A stretch of 64,000 bases of DNA from an uncultured Candidatus Saccharibacteria bacterium (GCA_964460805.1 CAYWPU010000001.1:38624-102623), one strand, 5' to 3'; counted from the first letter of the stretch, positions 45,208-55,188 are shown. Numbers and translations are program-made. Notes: generated by a model not told the origin, from the letters alone.

Positions 45208-45902
45208 GGTTTTGCCAGATATCTATCCAGCGCGCTGATGGCTAGTAGTAGTCTGTAATATTGGTCTTGATACAGCTCAGCACTCTCGCTGGCCAATAAT
45301 GGTTCCGTGTTCGCCTGACTCATATTATAGATTACTTGATCCAAGCTAGCCATGCTGTTTAAGAGTTGTAGGTGGAAAAAGGTAGCTGAGGCAGGCGTGG
45401 GTGTGGCCACGAGGGCGTCTATTGTTGTCTGGATGTGTTGGTGAGACTGGCGTAGCTTGTCTAATTCCGCTGTTTTGCCTGTTTGGAAATAATTAAGCAT
45501 TGCCGTCCGCTCGTCTCCTGTCAGGCCAGCACTGTATTTGGTTAGGATCGTTTGTATGGCTTTGCTGTATGAGGCTTTTGTTACGCTTCCATCTCCGCTC
45601 GTAACCTTGATATCACCATAGGTGTAAGTGGTTTTACGTAGTTGTGTGTGAGCTAGTGTTTGTAGTGGTGCTCCCGATTTATTTTCAATTGCCTGTGTGG
45701 CTATCGCTAACGTGGTGGTGGAGACGGCGGCAATGGCGCGTTCGGCATCTTGTTGCGCCAGACGCTCGGCTTCCACCGCCTCTTGCCGCACTCGTTCGGC
45801 CTCTTGCTCTCTCTGCTCCAGCGCGCGGTTGCCCAGCCACCAGAGAACCGCGCTGCTGAGGATCAGCAACGGAATTAGGATCAATAAAATCTTCCGGATC
45901 AC
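45204..45902 (-). CDS. membrane-anchored coiled-coil protein, first gene of T4SS-like operon
   Basis: N-terminal TM ILLILIPLLILSSAVLWWL, then EQREQEAERVRQEAVEAERLAQQDAERA coiled-coil. 232 aa. Bitopic architecture is compatible with a VirB8/VirB10-type scaffold, unproven. Confidence 0.45.
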   Translation of the reverse strand: MIRKILLILIPLLILSSAVLWWLGNRALEQREQEAERVRQEAVEAERLAQQDAERAIAAVSTTTLAIATQAIENKSGAPLQTLAHTQLRKTTYTYGDIKVTSGDGSVTKASYSKAIQTILTKYSAGLTGDERTAMLNYFQTGKTAELDKLRQSHQHIQTTIDALVATPTPASATFFHLQLLNSMASLDQVIYNMSQANTEPLLASESAELYQDQYYRLLLAISALDRYLAKP

Positions 45903-45909
45903 GCTTTAA

Positions 45910-46338
45910 TTATAAAGCCTTATCGCCTATTTCCCAACCGAGTTTTGCACTTTTGCCGGCGTTCAGTTCCAGTACGTATCTAATTGGCTCTGCTGGTGAG
46001 AAAGTTCGCGGATAAGTTTCTGGCGCAATATTTTTTTCTATGCCAATGATCTTAAAGTTCTCGTCCAGCCAGACTATATCTATAGGGAAGCGCATCTCTT
46101 TCATCCAGAACTGAGGCACCACATCTTCTTGGTAAACAAATAACATCCCGGCGTCTTCATCTAAGCTCTCACGATAAGATAGCCCCAGCTCTTGCTCGGC
46201 TGGCGTTACAGCATATTCTAGTTTTAATTTGCTCAGTTCGGGCAAGTTTCTATCCTGCTTTACGGCAGACCAAGCTGCTACTGCCACCAGCGCCACACTG
46301 AGAGCGATTAAAACTATTTGCTTGCTAGGCATAGCCAA
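45910..46338 (-). CDS. DUF192-family protein (COG1430-like)
   Basis: MLFVYQEDVVPQFWMKEMRFPIDIVWLDENFKIIGIEKNIAPE matches the DUF192 signature. N-terminal signal/TM. Confidence 0.65.
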   Translation of the reverse strand: MAMPSKQIVLIALSVALVAVAAWSAVKQDRNLPELSKLKLEYAVTPAEQELGLSYRESLDEDAGMLFVYQEDVVPQFWMKEMRFPIDIVWLDENFKIIGIEKNIAPETYPRTFSPAEPIRYVLELNAGKSAKLGWEIGDKAL

Positions 46339-47084
46339 TTTTCTAAACTTAAATCTTCGGCCCTGTTTTTCTCACTCACACCACACTGGGCAAATTTTGC
46401 CGGAGCAATATCAGCTAGATTATTCCGCAACATTTTGCGTTTGCTGCTAAAGCCGTTTTTCACCACTTCAAAAAAATCTTTCTCGCTCACTGAGCTATTT
46501 TTGAAATTATTTTTATTAATATTTTCTATCAGCAAGATTGCTGAGTCTACTTTTGGCGCTGGTGAAAAATATTTCGCTGGCACTTTTTTAATATATTTTG
46601 GTGCGCCATAAGCTTTAACAGAAATAGAGAGAATACTTTCTTTACCATCTCGCGCCACGATTCTCTTTGCCACTTCATCTTGCAACATCAGCACCATCAA
46701 TCTTGGCTGGCTGGTTGTTTCTAAAAATTTTCGCAGAACCTGACCGGTGATGTAATACGGAATATTCGCGACCAGTTTATATTTTTCCGGCAGAGCAATT
46801 TCTGTTGTTAAAATATCACCGTGTAACAATTTTAATTTCCCTGACGCTGTCTCGCCAGAGAATGTGTTTTCCAGAACGGGAATCGCGCGATCGTCTTTCT
46901 CAACCGCGATCACTTGCGCGCCAGTCTCTAGCAGGAATTTGGTTAAGTAGCCTTTGCCGGGGCCAATCTCCAGCACAGTGTCACTCGCGCTCAGGCTCGC
47001 TACGCGGACAATTTCCCGCGCAATCGTTTCGGACTTCAGCCAATTCTGACCGAGAGATTTTTTCGCTTTCATCTTGCTCAGCAT
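46314..47084 (-). CDS. rsmA: 16S rRNA (adenine1518/1519-N6)-dimethyltransferase RsmA/KsgA
   Basis: KSLGQNWLKSETIAREIV, SAM-binding LEIGPGKGYLT, ANIPYYIT motif. Confidence 0.85.
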   Translation of the reverse strand: MLSKMKAKKSLGQNWLKSETIAREIVRVASLSASDTVLEIGPGKGYLTKFLLETGAQVIAVEKDDRAIPVLENTFSGETASGKLKLLHGDILTTEIALPEKYKLVANIPYYITGQVLRKFLETTSQPRLMVLMLQDEVAKRIVARDGKESILSISVKAYGAPKYIKKVPAKYFSPAPKVDSAILLIENINKNNFKNSSVSEKDFFEVVKNGFSSKRKMLRNNLADIAPAKFAQCGVSEKNRAEDLSLENWLCLASK

Positions 47085-47132
47085 AGCAAAACGGAGCCAG
47101 AATAACAGCGTTTCACAAGGTTTGGGAAACAG

Positions 47133-49073
47133 TCAGAACTCCACAAAGCTCACCGGATCGTTCTCGGCTTCAATTAGTTCAGGCGCGATATCGCCGATAA
47201 ACTCGCTCGGCAGGGTGGGCTGGCGCGAACCATAAATAGTCCGGATTTGCGCATACGAGAGTCGCAATTTTTCTTTTGCTCTAGTGAGTGCTACATAGAA
47301 TAATCTCCGCTCTTCTTCTGTGTCGCGCGTTTCATCATTATCGTGTCTTTGATGTGGAAATAAATTTTGTTCCAGTCCAACGATGAAGACGTGACGGAAC
47401 TCCAGGCCCTTTGCCGCGTGCACTGTCATCAATCTCACGCCTTCTCGCTTTTTATCTTTCTCGTCCAGGCTATCCTGATCGCTCGCGAGCGCGGCATCGT
47501 CCAGTAACTTCTCAATCCCCTCGCCTGGCGCCAGTTCATCATACTTCAGCGCCAGCGTTGCCAGTTCTTTCGCATTTTCTAATCTCTCTGCATCATCTGG
47601 TCCGCCCTCGCGCCACATCTTGGCCAAGCCAGTTTGCTCTACCACGGTTCTGATTAAGTCAGAAGGCTTTTGCATCTCTGCACTGGCTTTGATACTCGCC
47701 AGAATCTTTCTGAACTCAGTAATCTTTGTGAGAGTTTTGGCTGGTAGCAGGTCTTCCTGACCGGAGAAGACTTTAGCAAGCGTAGCTTTGCCCAAGCCGC
47801 GTGGCGGTAGGTTGATCACTCGCTTCGCGCTCACGATGTCATCTGGATTTAACGCGGCGCGCAAGTAAGCCAGCACGTCTTTGATCTCTTGCCGCTCAAA
47901 GAATTTAGTACCCAGAACTTGGTACGGCACATCCTCGCGCAAGAAGGCTTCTTCTAAAACACGAGACTGAAAGTTGGCGCGGTAGAGCACAGCAATCTCG
48001 CCCGCTGGCACTCCGGAGCCGATTAATTTTCTGCAAGTGTCTGCCACCAATTGCGCTTCTTCTTTTTCATCCAAACCAATCAGCAAGCCAATCCGTTCGC
48101 CCTCGTGATTATTGGTAAATAAATTTTTCTCATGTCGTTCCGTATTTTTCTTGATCACAGCATTGGCGGCTTCCAGAATAGTTTTAGTAGAGCGGTAATT
48201 TTCTTCTAGCAAAACCACTTTTGCATCCGGATAATCTTGCTCAAATCTGAGTAAGTTTCTAAAGTCCGCTCCCCGCCAAGAATAAATAGACTGGTCCACA
48301 TCTCCCACCACACAGATATTTCTCTTTTCGCCAGCTAGCAATTTCGCCAATCTATATTGAATAGCGTTAGTGTCTTGATATTCATCAATGTGGATGTACT
48401 GCCAGCGCGTTTGATAGCTCTTCAATACTTCCTGATTCTGCTCCAGCAACTGCACGGTTTCTAACAATAGATCATCAAAGTCTAGCGCTTTCTGCTCGCG
48501 CAATTTCGCTTCATATCGCCGCCACACGTTCAAGACCGTGTCGTTAAAGTAGCTAGTCTGAGATTGCTCAGCAAAGTCTTGCAGATTCACGCCGTTGCCT
48601 TTTGAGCGGGAAATTGCGCCCAAGATTCTTCTTGGTTCTACAGTTTTTGGCTCGAAGCCCAGTTCGGTTAAGATAGTTTTTATTTCTCGCAATGAGTCGT
48701 CTTTATCAAAGATGGTGAAGTGGCGGTTCAAGCCAATCGCCTGGGCATTCTCGCGCAAGATGTGCACGCCCAGCGCGTGGAAAGTGCTCACGAACGGCTG
48801 GTGACTATAGGCTGTTTGGGAGTAGCTCTGGGCTAAGAGCGCCTGGACCCGCTCGCGCATCTCTTTGGCCGCTTTGTTGGTAAAAGTGATGGCCAAGATT
48901 GCCTCCGGAGCCACGCCGCTCTGGATCAGCGCCAGGATCCGGCAGGAGATGGTCTTGGTTTTGCCCGCTCCGGCTCCAGCTACTACCAGCAAGGGGCCGG
49001 TGACGTGCTCTACGGCCTCGCGCTGGCCTTTATTTAGTCCGGCTAAGTGCTCCATATCAGGGCAGTTTAGCAT
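47133..49073 (-). CDS. pcrA: ATP-dependent DNA helicase PcrA/UvrD family
   Basis: LNKGQREAVEHVTGPLLVVAGAGAGKTKTI (motif I), DEYQDTN (motif II), helicase motifs III-VI downstream. 646 aa. Confidence 0.9.
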   Translation of the reverse strand: MLNCPDMEHLAGLNKGQREAVEHVTGPLLVVAGAGAGKTKTISCRILALIQSGVAPEAILAITFTNKAAKEMRERVQALLAQSYSQTAYSHQPFVSTFHALGVHILRENAQAIGLNRHFTIFDKDDSLREIKTILTELGFEPKTVEPRRILGAISRSKGNGVNLQDFAEQSQTSYFNDTVLNVWRRYEAKLREQKALDFDDLLLETVQLLEQNQEVLKSYQTRWQYIHIDEYQDTNAIQYRLAKLLAGEKRNICVVGDVDQSIYSWRGADFRNLLRFEQDYPDAKVVLLEENYRSTKTILEAANAVIKKNTERHEKNLFTNNHEGERIGLLIGLDEKEEAQLVADTCRKLIGSGVPAGEIAVLYRANFQSRVLEEAFLREDVPYQVLGTKFFERQEIKDVLAYLRAALNPDDIVSAKRVINLPPRGLGKATLAKVFSGQEDLLPAKTLTKITEFRKILASIKASAEMQKPSDLIRTVVEQTGLAKMWREGGPDDAERLENAKELATLALKYDELAPGEGIEKLLDDAALASDQDSLDEKDKKREGVRLMTVHAAKGLEFRHVFIVGLEQNLFPHQRHDNDETRDTEEERRLFYVALTRAKEKLRLSYAQIRTIYGSRQPTLPSEFIGDIAPELIEAENDPVSFVEF

Positions 49074-49279
49074 ATCTGAGTTTATCCACAGTCAAGGCTG
49101 GCGGGATTGAAACCAGCCTCTATTTATGCTAAGCTTAACCCCAAGCCCGCCTATCAGAAAACGGCTTAAAATATAGATATTTCCCGCCTGGCGCTTATTT
49201 TTTGGCTTAGAATAGACTTATTTTACCTGGTGCCCACAATCCACGGCTAACTCCCAAGCTTTCTCTCTGGAAGCTTATT

Positions 49280-50227
49280 TTGCTTGGTTCAGCTCTGGTC
49301 GCTATCCCAGCGCTCTTGATTAACCGCCACTCGGCTCTGGCTGGTTCTCTGGGGTCTAATTCCCAGAACATTGGCCTTTCCAGCTCAGCCCCGCTCATTT
49401 TAGCTCTCTCTGGCTCGGATACCGGCGGCGGCGATATCACCATCAGCCGGGATGCGCTCTTGCCAGAGAGCGGCGTGCTCGGCACCTCGGCAGATATTGT
49501 AGAGATACCCCAGAGCGACCAGATCAGCCTCTACGTGGTCCGCGCGGGCGATACGCTCTCGGGCATCGCTGAGATGTACGACGTCTCGGTCAATACCATT
49601 GTGTGGGCTAACGATCTGGCTCGCGGTGCGGCGCTTAGGGAGGGACAGGAGCTCACTATCTTGCCAATCAACGGCTTGCGGCATACGGTGCAGAAGGGTG
49701 AGACACTCGCGAGCATTGCTAAGAAGTTTGGCGGGGACGAGAAGGAGATACTGCAATTTAACGATCTTGGTGCTGAGACTAGACTAGCTGTGGGTCAGGT
49801 GATTATGATCCCTGGCGGTGAGTTGCCGGTGACTAAGACTCCCAGCAAGACGCCGGTCAAGGGCGCGAGCGGTCCCACCTATGCTGGTTACTATATCCGG
49901 CCGATCAATGGTGGAGTGAAGACGCAAGGCTTGCACGGCTATAACGCCGTGGACTTGGCCAGCCGCGTGGGTACACCGGTGCTGGCATCCGCCGCTGGCC
50001 GTGTGATCGTGAGCCGCCAGGGTGGCTGGAACGGTGGTTACGGCAACTACGTGGTAATAGAGCACGGCAACGGCACGCAGACGCTCTATGCTCACCTCAA
50101 CGACACTATTGTGAGCACGGGTACGCGCGTGGAGCAGGGCGAGGTCATTGGCCACTTGGGCAATACCGGCCGCTCTACCGGCCCACACCTCCACTTTGAG
50201 ATCCGTGGTGCCAAGAATCCGTTTTAG
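49280..50227 (+). CDS. LysM-domain M23 family peptidoglycan endopeptidase
   Basis: Two LysM repeats (YVVRAGDTLSGIAEMYDVSVNTIVWAN; HTVQKGETLASIAKKFGGDEKEILQFN). M23 motifs HGYNAVDLA and GHLGNTGRSTGPHLHFEIR. Apparent TTG start at 49280. Confidence 0.8.
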   Translation: MLGSALVAIPALLINRHSALAGSLGSNSQNIGLSSSAPLILALSGSDTGGGDITISRDALLPESGVLGTSADIVEIPQSDQISLYVVRAGDTLSGIAEMYDVSVNTIVWANDLARGAALREGQELTILPINGLRHTVQKGETLASIAKKFGGDEKEILQFNDLGAETRLAVGQVIMIPGGELPVTKTPSKTPVKGASGPTYAGYYIRPINGGVKTQGLHGYNAVDLASRVGTPVLASAAGRVIVSRQGGWNGGYGNYVVIEHGNGTQTLYAHLNDTIVSTGTRVEQGEVIGHLGNTGRSTGPHLHFEIRGAKNPF

Positions 50228-50233
50228 TTTTTC

Positions 50234-50731
50234 TTACCTCGCGATTTTATAAACGTACCGCTTTCTGCCGTCAGCAAAATTTTCCTCACTGATCAGAGAC
50301 AACGCTGGTGGATTGCTAAAAACTTTTATTCCAGAGCCAATTTTTTCTGGGAGAATGTTTAAGATTACTTGGTCCACGAGATTTTTTTCTAAAAAAGCCT
50401 GGTTAAGATTTGGACCACTTGAGAGCAATATATTTTGTCCGAGAGCCATTGCCTCTTCTGGGGAGTTAACCACGAGATATTTCTCATTCGCCTTAAAACC
50501 CGCATCTCTCGTTACGATTACGCGCTTGATATTGAGAGTCTCAAAATCTCTGAGCAGATTTTCCGGATATTTTTGTATTGCTTCGTAAGTTTTGCGGCCC
50601 ATGATTACCGCATCATTCTCTTTGCAGAGATCAATAAAATCGGTCCACAAATCGTCAGGGATAAAGTCTTCGTCGCCATCTTCGCGCGCGATGAAACCAT
50701 CTTGAGAGATCACATTATAGAGTGTGAGCAT
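50234..50731 (-). CDS. dihydrofolate reductase-like / RibD C-terminal domain family protein
   Basis: MLTLYNVISQDGFIAREDGDEDFIP...AVIMGRKTYEAI is typical of the bacterial RibD_C/DHFR-like reductase family. Confidence 0.7.
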   Translation of the reverse strand: MLTLYNVISQDGFIAREDGDEDFIPDDLWTDFIDLCKENDAVIMGRKTYEAIQKYPENLLRDFETLNIKRVIVTRDAGFKANEKYLVVNSPEEAMALGQNILLSSGPNLNQAFLEKNLVDQVILNILPEKIGSGIKVFSNPPALSLISEENFADGRKRYVYKIAR

Positions 50732-50736
50732 AAATT

Positions 50737-52293
50737 TTATTTTTGTTTCGGTCTATATTGCAACGCCTCCAATAAGTGTTTCTCGTTCACGTTTGCATCT
50801 CCAGCTAGATCAGCAATTGTCCTGGCTAGTTTGATGACTCGGTGATAAGCGCGTGCGGAGAGGTCTAGTCTCTTTGCTGACTCATTTAATAATCTAGTAG
50901 CCGGATCAGATAACGGCGCAAAAGTCTTGAGCTCGCGGACACCCATCTCGCTGTTCAGTTTTAATTTGCTACCCGCTTGGGCAAAGCGTGCTTGCTGTTG
51001 CTCCCTAGCCCTCTTCACTCTCGCTCTGACTGTGCTGGAGCTCTCTTCTGGTTTGCTCTCGTCGCTCAGTTTGGCGTGGTCTACTTGCCCGACTTCTAAC
51101 CACAAGTCAATCCGGTCGGCAATTGGGCCCGAGATCTTGCGCTGGTAATGAGTTACAGCCAGTTGCGAGCAGATGCAGGATTTGTTTTTCAGACCTCTGT
51201 TGCCGCAGGGGCAAGGATTCATCGCGGCGATCAAGATAAAGTGCGCGGGGAAGCTCATGCTCCCGCGTGCGCGGGAAATGTGGATGATCCGGTCTTCCAA
51301 TGGTTGCCTAAGCGCTTCTAATACGCGCTTTTCAAATTCTGGGAATTCGTCTAGGAAGAGAACGCCCCGGTGCGCCAGAGTGATCTCCCCCGGCCGCGGG
51401 TAATTGCCGCCGCCCACGAGAGACACGTAGCTAGAAGTGTGATGCGGTGCGCGGAAGGGCGGATGCGTGAGTAGAGTCTCGCCCAGCAGGCCGGCCGCCG
51501 AGTGGATACTGGTAGTCTCTAGAATTTCCTCAAAGTCTAGCGAGGGCAAGATGCTGGCAAAAGCTTTGGCCAGCATCGTCTTGCCAGTTCCCGGCGGGCC
51601 CGACATGGCTAGGTTGTGGCCGCCAGCCGCGGCGATCTCCAGTCCCCGCTTGGCCGTGGGCTGGCCCTTGATCTCGGCGAGATCGTTGAGATAATCCGGC
51701 TCGGTGTATCTAAGTTTAGTGGGTGTGCGCGCCGTGAGCTTGGCTGGTGTTGGGTTATTGTCTCTATCTATTTTAGTCTCTGGCGAGAGATGGACCACCA
51801 GCTCTCGCAAATTATTAACAGGGTAAATCTGCAGATCGTGCACCAGAGCCGCTTCTAACGCATTGCCAGCCGGCAGGTATAATTCTTTAAAACCCTTTTT
51901 AGCCGCTTGGCGAGCCATGCCCAGCGCGCCTTTGATCCGTCTCAGTGTCCCGTCTAGGCCAAGCTCACCCAAGAAGATTTTATCTCTAGCGTCAAATTTT
52001 ATTTCTCCACTGGCCTGCAGGTAAGCCAGTGCGATTGCGAGATCAAAGATCGGCCCCTCTTTCTTAATGTCTGCCGGCGCGAGGGAAACAATCACTTTTT
52101 TATTACTCTTCTGGGGTGAAGCAAAACCGGAGTTCTTGATCGCGGCGCTTAACCTATCCCGCGCCTCTTCCACTGCTTTATCTGGCAGGCCAACTATTGT
52201 GAACGAGTGCAGGCCTCGCGCGATGTCCACCTCCACATCAATAATCTCTGGCTTAAGACCAACCAGTTGGGCCGAGTGGACTTTGCCAAGCAT
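50737..52293 (-). CDS. comM: YifB/ComM-family Mg-chelatase-like AAA+ ATPase
   Basis: N-terminal Lon-like domain (LVGLKPEIIDVEVDIARGLHSFTIVGLPDKAVEEARDRL), Walker A GPPGTGKTMLAKA, Walker B VLFLDEFPEF, C-terminal zinc-ribbon-like Cys cluster. Confidence 0.85.
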   Translation of the reverse strand: MLGKVHSAQLVGLKPEIIDVEVDIARGLHSFTIVGLPDKAVEEARDRLSAAIKNSGFASPQKSNKKVIVSLAPADIKKEGPIFDLAIALAYLQASGEIKFDARDKIFLGELGLDGTLRRIKGALGMARQAAKKGFKELYLPAGNALEAALVHDLQIYPVNNLRELVVHLSPETKIDRDNNPTPAKLTARTPTKLRYTEPDYLNDLAEIKGQPTAKRGLEIAAAGGHNLAMSGPPGTGKTMLAKAFASILPSLDFEEILETTSIHSAAGLLGETLLTHPPFRAPHHTSSYVSLVGGGNYPRPGEITLAHRGVLFLDEFPEFEKRVLEALRQPLEDRIIHISRARGSMSFPAHFILIAAMNPCPCGNRGLKNKSCICSQLAVTHYQRKISGPIADRIDLWLEVGQVDHAKLSDESKPEESSSTVRARVKRAREQQQARFAQAGSKLKLNSEMGVRELKTFAPLSDPATRLLNESAKRLDLSARAYHRVIKLARTIADLAGDANVNEKHLLEALQYRPKQK

Positions 52294-52300
52294 GAGGGCT

Positions 52301-52675
52301 CTAGTTTAGATCAGCTTCTTGCTCAACGTGCGCTTTACAAGTCCGGGCGGCGGGGTTGGCTTCCAGTCTCTCCGCTTCAATCTCTTCACCGCTAATCTCA
52401 CAAGTGCCGTAAGTGCCTGCTTGGATCCTGGCCAGCGCGGCTTGGACCTGCTTAAGGCGTTTCTCCAGTCCCAGTTCCACGTCTTCACGTTCGTCCATTT
52501 CTTCTAATTCGCTGGCGATATCATCGCGGGTCTGGGCCTCTTCACGGTCTGTCAATGGCGTTGGTTCCCAGTCGCCAGGCTGATTTGGATTAGGTCGACC
52601 CACGGTCTTGAGCTGATTTTCCAGCCCGGCTTTTTCTCGCTCTAGTTTATCTTGCCAGTGCTTGGTGTCTATCAT
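52301..52675 (-). CDS. DksA/TraR-family C4 zinc-finger protein
   Basis: Coiled-coil N-terminus plus CEISGEEIEAERLEANPAARTC zinc finger (CxxC-N17-C, fourth ligand likely upstream). Confidence 0.65.
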   Translation of the reverse strand: MIDTKHWQDKLEREKAGLENQLKTVGRPNPNQPGDWEPTPLTDREEAQTRDDIASELEEMDEREDVELGLEKRLKQVQAALARIQAGTYGTCEISGEEIEAERLEANPAARTCKAHVEQEADLN

Positions 52676-52697
52676 GCACTAAACTTTAGCAGATATG

Positions 52698-53894
52698 TTA
52701 AGCCTCTTCAATCAAACGCTTGTAGACCTCTACAAACGCGCTCTCGTTCCTGGCGATTAAAATAGTCTGTTCATTAAGGAAGCTGTAGAGCAAGACAGTT
52801 TCACCAGCTTCGTTTTTAGCTTCTCGGACATCTTTATTCCTGATGATCCGGTCACTCCAGCTTACGCGGTTATCGTTAGGTGTGTGCAATAAAGTAGAGA
52901 GGTCGCCGACCATGTAGCGTTCCCAGTCAAAGGTCGCCGACCAGGCCTGGTCAAAGAAGCTGGTCTGTAGGATCAAGAATCTGGAACGCGACTCCCCGCT
53001 ATCATAGAGGCCAAAGAGGAAATTGTCTCGGAGATGGCGAGTGAGGTTATCAGGGATGCTGAGGCTCAGCGCCTGGCGGAAGGAGGCAAAGCTTAGCTCT
53101 ACGCCGCTCCGGGTTAGATAGATCTCTATTATGCCGGTGTCGCCGCCAGGCGATGGGGTCTCATTTCTCGTCAGCGCTGCCGCCTCCACTGCCTCATAGG
53201 TCTCGCTGAGGGTGCGGAAATTGTCTAGCTCTAGCCCTAGTCTGGAGTCCGCGCGCAGAATCGGGTTGCTTGGCGTGGTAATCGGCGTCTCAGCGCTTTC
53301 TGTACTAGTCTCTTGACCATACCACCACCAGGCTCCCAGACCGCCGGCGATCAGAACTACGCTCACAATAGCGGCAATTATCATCTTGCGGCCACCGCTC
53401 TCGGCTACTATGACGGGCGACTGGCTAGCTGGCCCTCGGCCCTGCATTGCGGCAATCTTGGAGAGTGAGAGTCCTTGTTCCCGCACCGCTTTGGCCATAT
53501 CTGTTTTAATAGTGCGGAAGGAGCTCAGCTTCAAGTCGCTTTGTTTAAGCTGGTTGGTGGTTGCATCCGCCTTGGCAATCCTCGCCTTTTGCTCAGCAGC
53601 GGCGGTGAGGGTGGCTGTCTCAGCGGCGGCTCGCTCGGCTGCTGCCCGCGCAATTGCCGCCGCTTTGCTTGCCTCATTTGCCGCTCGCTCCTCCACCTTC
53701 CTCTTAGTCTGCTCGGCATCGGCTTTAGCCTTTAGTTCCTCCAGCTCGCGTCGGTCCTTGTGCTTCTCTCCCTCCATCGCAAGCATCGCCTCGCGTCGCC
53801 GCTTCTCAGCGCTGGCCTCTTGTTGCGCCAACTTCTCCCCGCCCAGAGCGGCTTGGGCCTCCCGCAAACGGTCCGGTGTATTATTTTCAGGCAT
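52698..53894 (-). CDS. hypothetical membrane-anchored protein with N-terminal Ala/Glu/Lys-rich coiled-coil
   Basis: 398 aa. Long AEQ/AAK-rich helix, one TM (IIAAIVSVVLIAGGLGAWWWY), then an extracytoplasmic domain. Confidence 0.45.
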   Translation of the reverse strand: MPENNTPDRLREAQAALGGEKLAQQEASAEKRRREAMLAMEGEKHKDRRELEELKAKADAEQTKRKVEERAANEASKAAAIARAAAERAAAETATLTAAAEQKARIAKADATTNQLKQSDLKLSSFRTIKTDMAKAVREQGLSLSKIAAMQGRGPASQSPVIVAESGGRKMIIAAIVSVVLIAGGLGAWWWYGQETSTESAETPITTPSNPILRADSRLGLELDNFRTLSETYEAVEAAALTRNETPSPGGDTGIIEIYLTRSGVELSFASFRQALSLSIPDNLTRHLRDNFLFGLYDSGESRSRFLILQTSFFDQAWSATFDWERYMVGDLSTLLHTPNDNRVSWSDRIIRNKDVREAKNEAGETVLLYSFLNEQTILIARNESAFVEVYKRLIEEA

Positions 53895-54480
53895 TTTCTG
53901 TGTTTTGATTATTAGCGCTCAGGCCGGCTAGCTCCAGCTTCAGTTGTTCCAGTTGCTTACCAACCTTCTCCTCTTCATCTAGGATAGCACGGTAACGAGT
54001 AGTGTTCTCTTGGATTGTTGATTCTATTTTAGCGAGCTTTTCTTCCTCATTCCACTTCTTCTGCTCTATTTCCTTGCGCTTATCTTGCACGACCCAACGT
54101 TTTTTCTCCACCACTTGCTTATCTGCCGCCAAGCCAGTTTTCCCCTCCTCTATCTCCAGCGCGATCTCCTCTGTCTCCACCTTTTTCTCTTCATCTAATA
54201 GTGGATTCAATACAGTTCGGACAGTTCGCCGCTGGTTATCCAGCTCAATCCAGCTTAGTTCCAGTTTTTCCTTCTCTTTTGCCGTTTCTGCCAGACGCTT
54301 AGTGATCTCGGCAATTTCCGTTTGCAAAGTTTTAGTCCTAGATTCGCGTTCGCGCTTCTCTGTCCACTCGGCACCAGCTAGCGCCGCTTGTGCCTCGCTA
54401 CGCTTGTCTCGCGTTTCTGTTTTTACCTCAGTCTCAGGAGTAACTTGAGCTGATTTATTTTGCCGATCGGGATTATCCAT
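53887..54480 (-). CDS. hypothetical charged coiled-coil protein
   Basis: 197 aa, K/E-rich heptad-like sequence. Overlaps the downstream gene by 8 nt. Confidence 0.4.
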   Translation of the reverse strand: MDNPDRQNKSAQVTPETEVKTETRDKRSEAQAALAGAEWTEKRERESRTKTLQTEIAEITKRLAETAKEKEKLELSWIELDNQRRTVRTVLNPLLDEEKKVETEEIALEIEEGKTGLAADKQVVEKKRWVVQDKRKEIEQKKWNEEEKLAKIESTIQENTTRYRAILDEEEKVGKQLEQLKLELAGLSANNQNTENA

Positions 54481-54525
54481 CCCGTCTAGTATAACAAATT
54501 TTACAGAATTAAATTAACCGGCAAC

Positions 54526-55152
54526 CTAAGCAGTAGCGGTAGTCGTCTTTTCTGTCCCAGTGCTAGTCACTGGCGCTCTTCCGCGGCGAGTAGAGTGTCG
54601 GCGGTTGGGACTAAGCAAATATTTCCGTGGATCAGCACCCAGGTCAATAAAGTCGTCGGCAATCTCTTTCAGTCTCCCGCTCGTGCTCTTGCCAAATGAC
54701 ATCACCTCCACTTGGTTGCCGCTATGATTCTTTAAATATTCCACCAGAGGCACAAAGTCGCCATCGCCGGTAGCTAAGACTACGGCGTCTAGTCTAGGTG
54801 CCATTTTCACTGCATCCACAGCTAGACCCACATCCCAGTCCGCCTTCTTGGCTCCGCCGGCAAAGATCTGCAAATCTTTAGTCTTGATCTCAATGCCCAT
54901 TTTACTCATCGCTTCAAAAAAGTTCTTCTCTTCTCCAGACTCTGTGGTGACCACGTAAGCCACTGCTCTCACCAGATTTCTATCTGCTACGGCTTCTTTG
55001 ATTATTGCACCAAAGTTGACGCGCGCGCCGTAGAGATTCTTTGCACAATGATACAAATTCTGGGTGTCAATAAAAACGCCCACCCGCTGGCCTTTATGTT
55101 TAATAATGCTCATATTTAATTTTTTAGCTCGGTTCTTGTTAACTTCTATCAA
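54526..55152 (-). CDS. NYN-domain (LabA-like PIN-related) protein
   Basis: GVFIDTQNLYH, VVLATGDGDFVPLVEYL and EVMSFG motifs are characteristic of the NYN/LabA family. Confidence 0.7.
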   Translation of the reverse strand: MIEVNKNRAKKLNMSIIKHKGQRVGVFIDTQNLYHCAKNLYGARVNFGAIIKEAVADRNLVRAVAYVVTTESGEEKNFFEAMSKMGIEIKTKDLQIFAGGAKKADWDVGLAVDAVKMAPRLDAVVLATGDGDFVPLVEYLKNHSGNQVEVMSFGKSTSGRLKEIADDFIDLGADPRKYLLSPNRRHSTRRGRAPVTSTGTEKTTTATA

Positions 55153-55188
55153 ATTCTCCCCTATCTTACTGCTTGGCGGGGCACAGCG

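Noticed and set aside
43006-45258. Multiple 60-150-aa + strand ORFs opposite the 1001-aa gene
   Set aside because: Antisense to a continuous 3-kb ORF with a signal peptide and operon context. Biased composition of the sense strand generates long antisense open frames.
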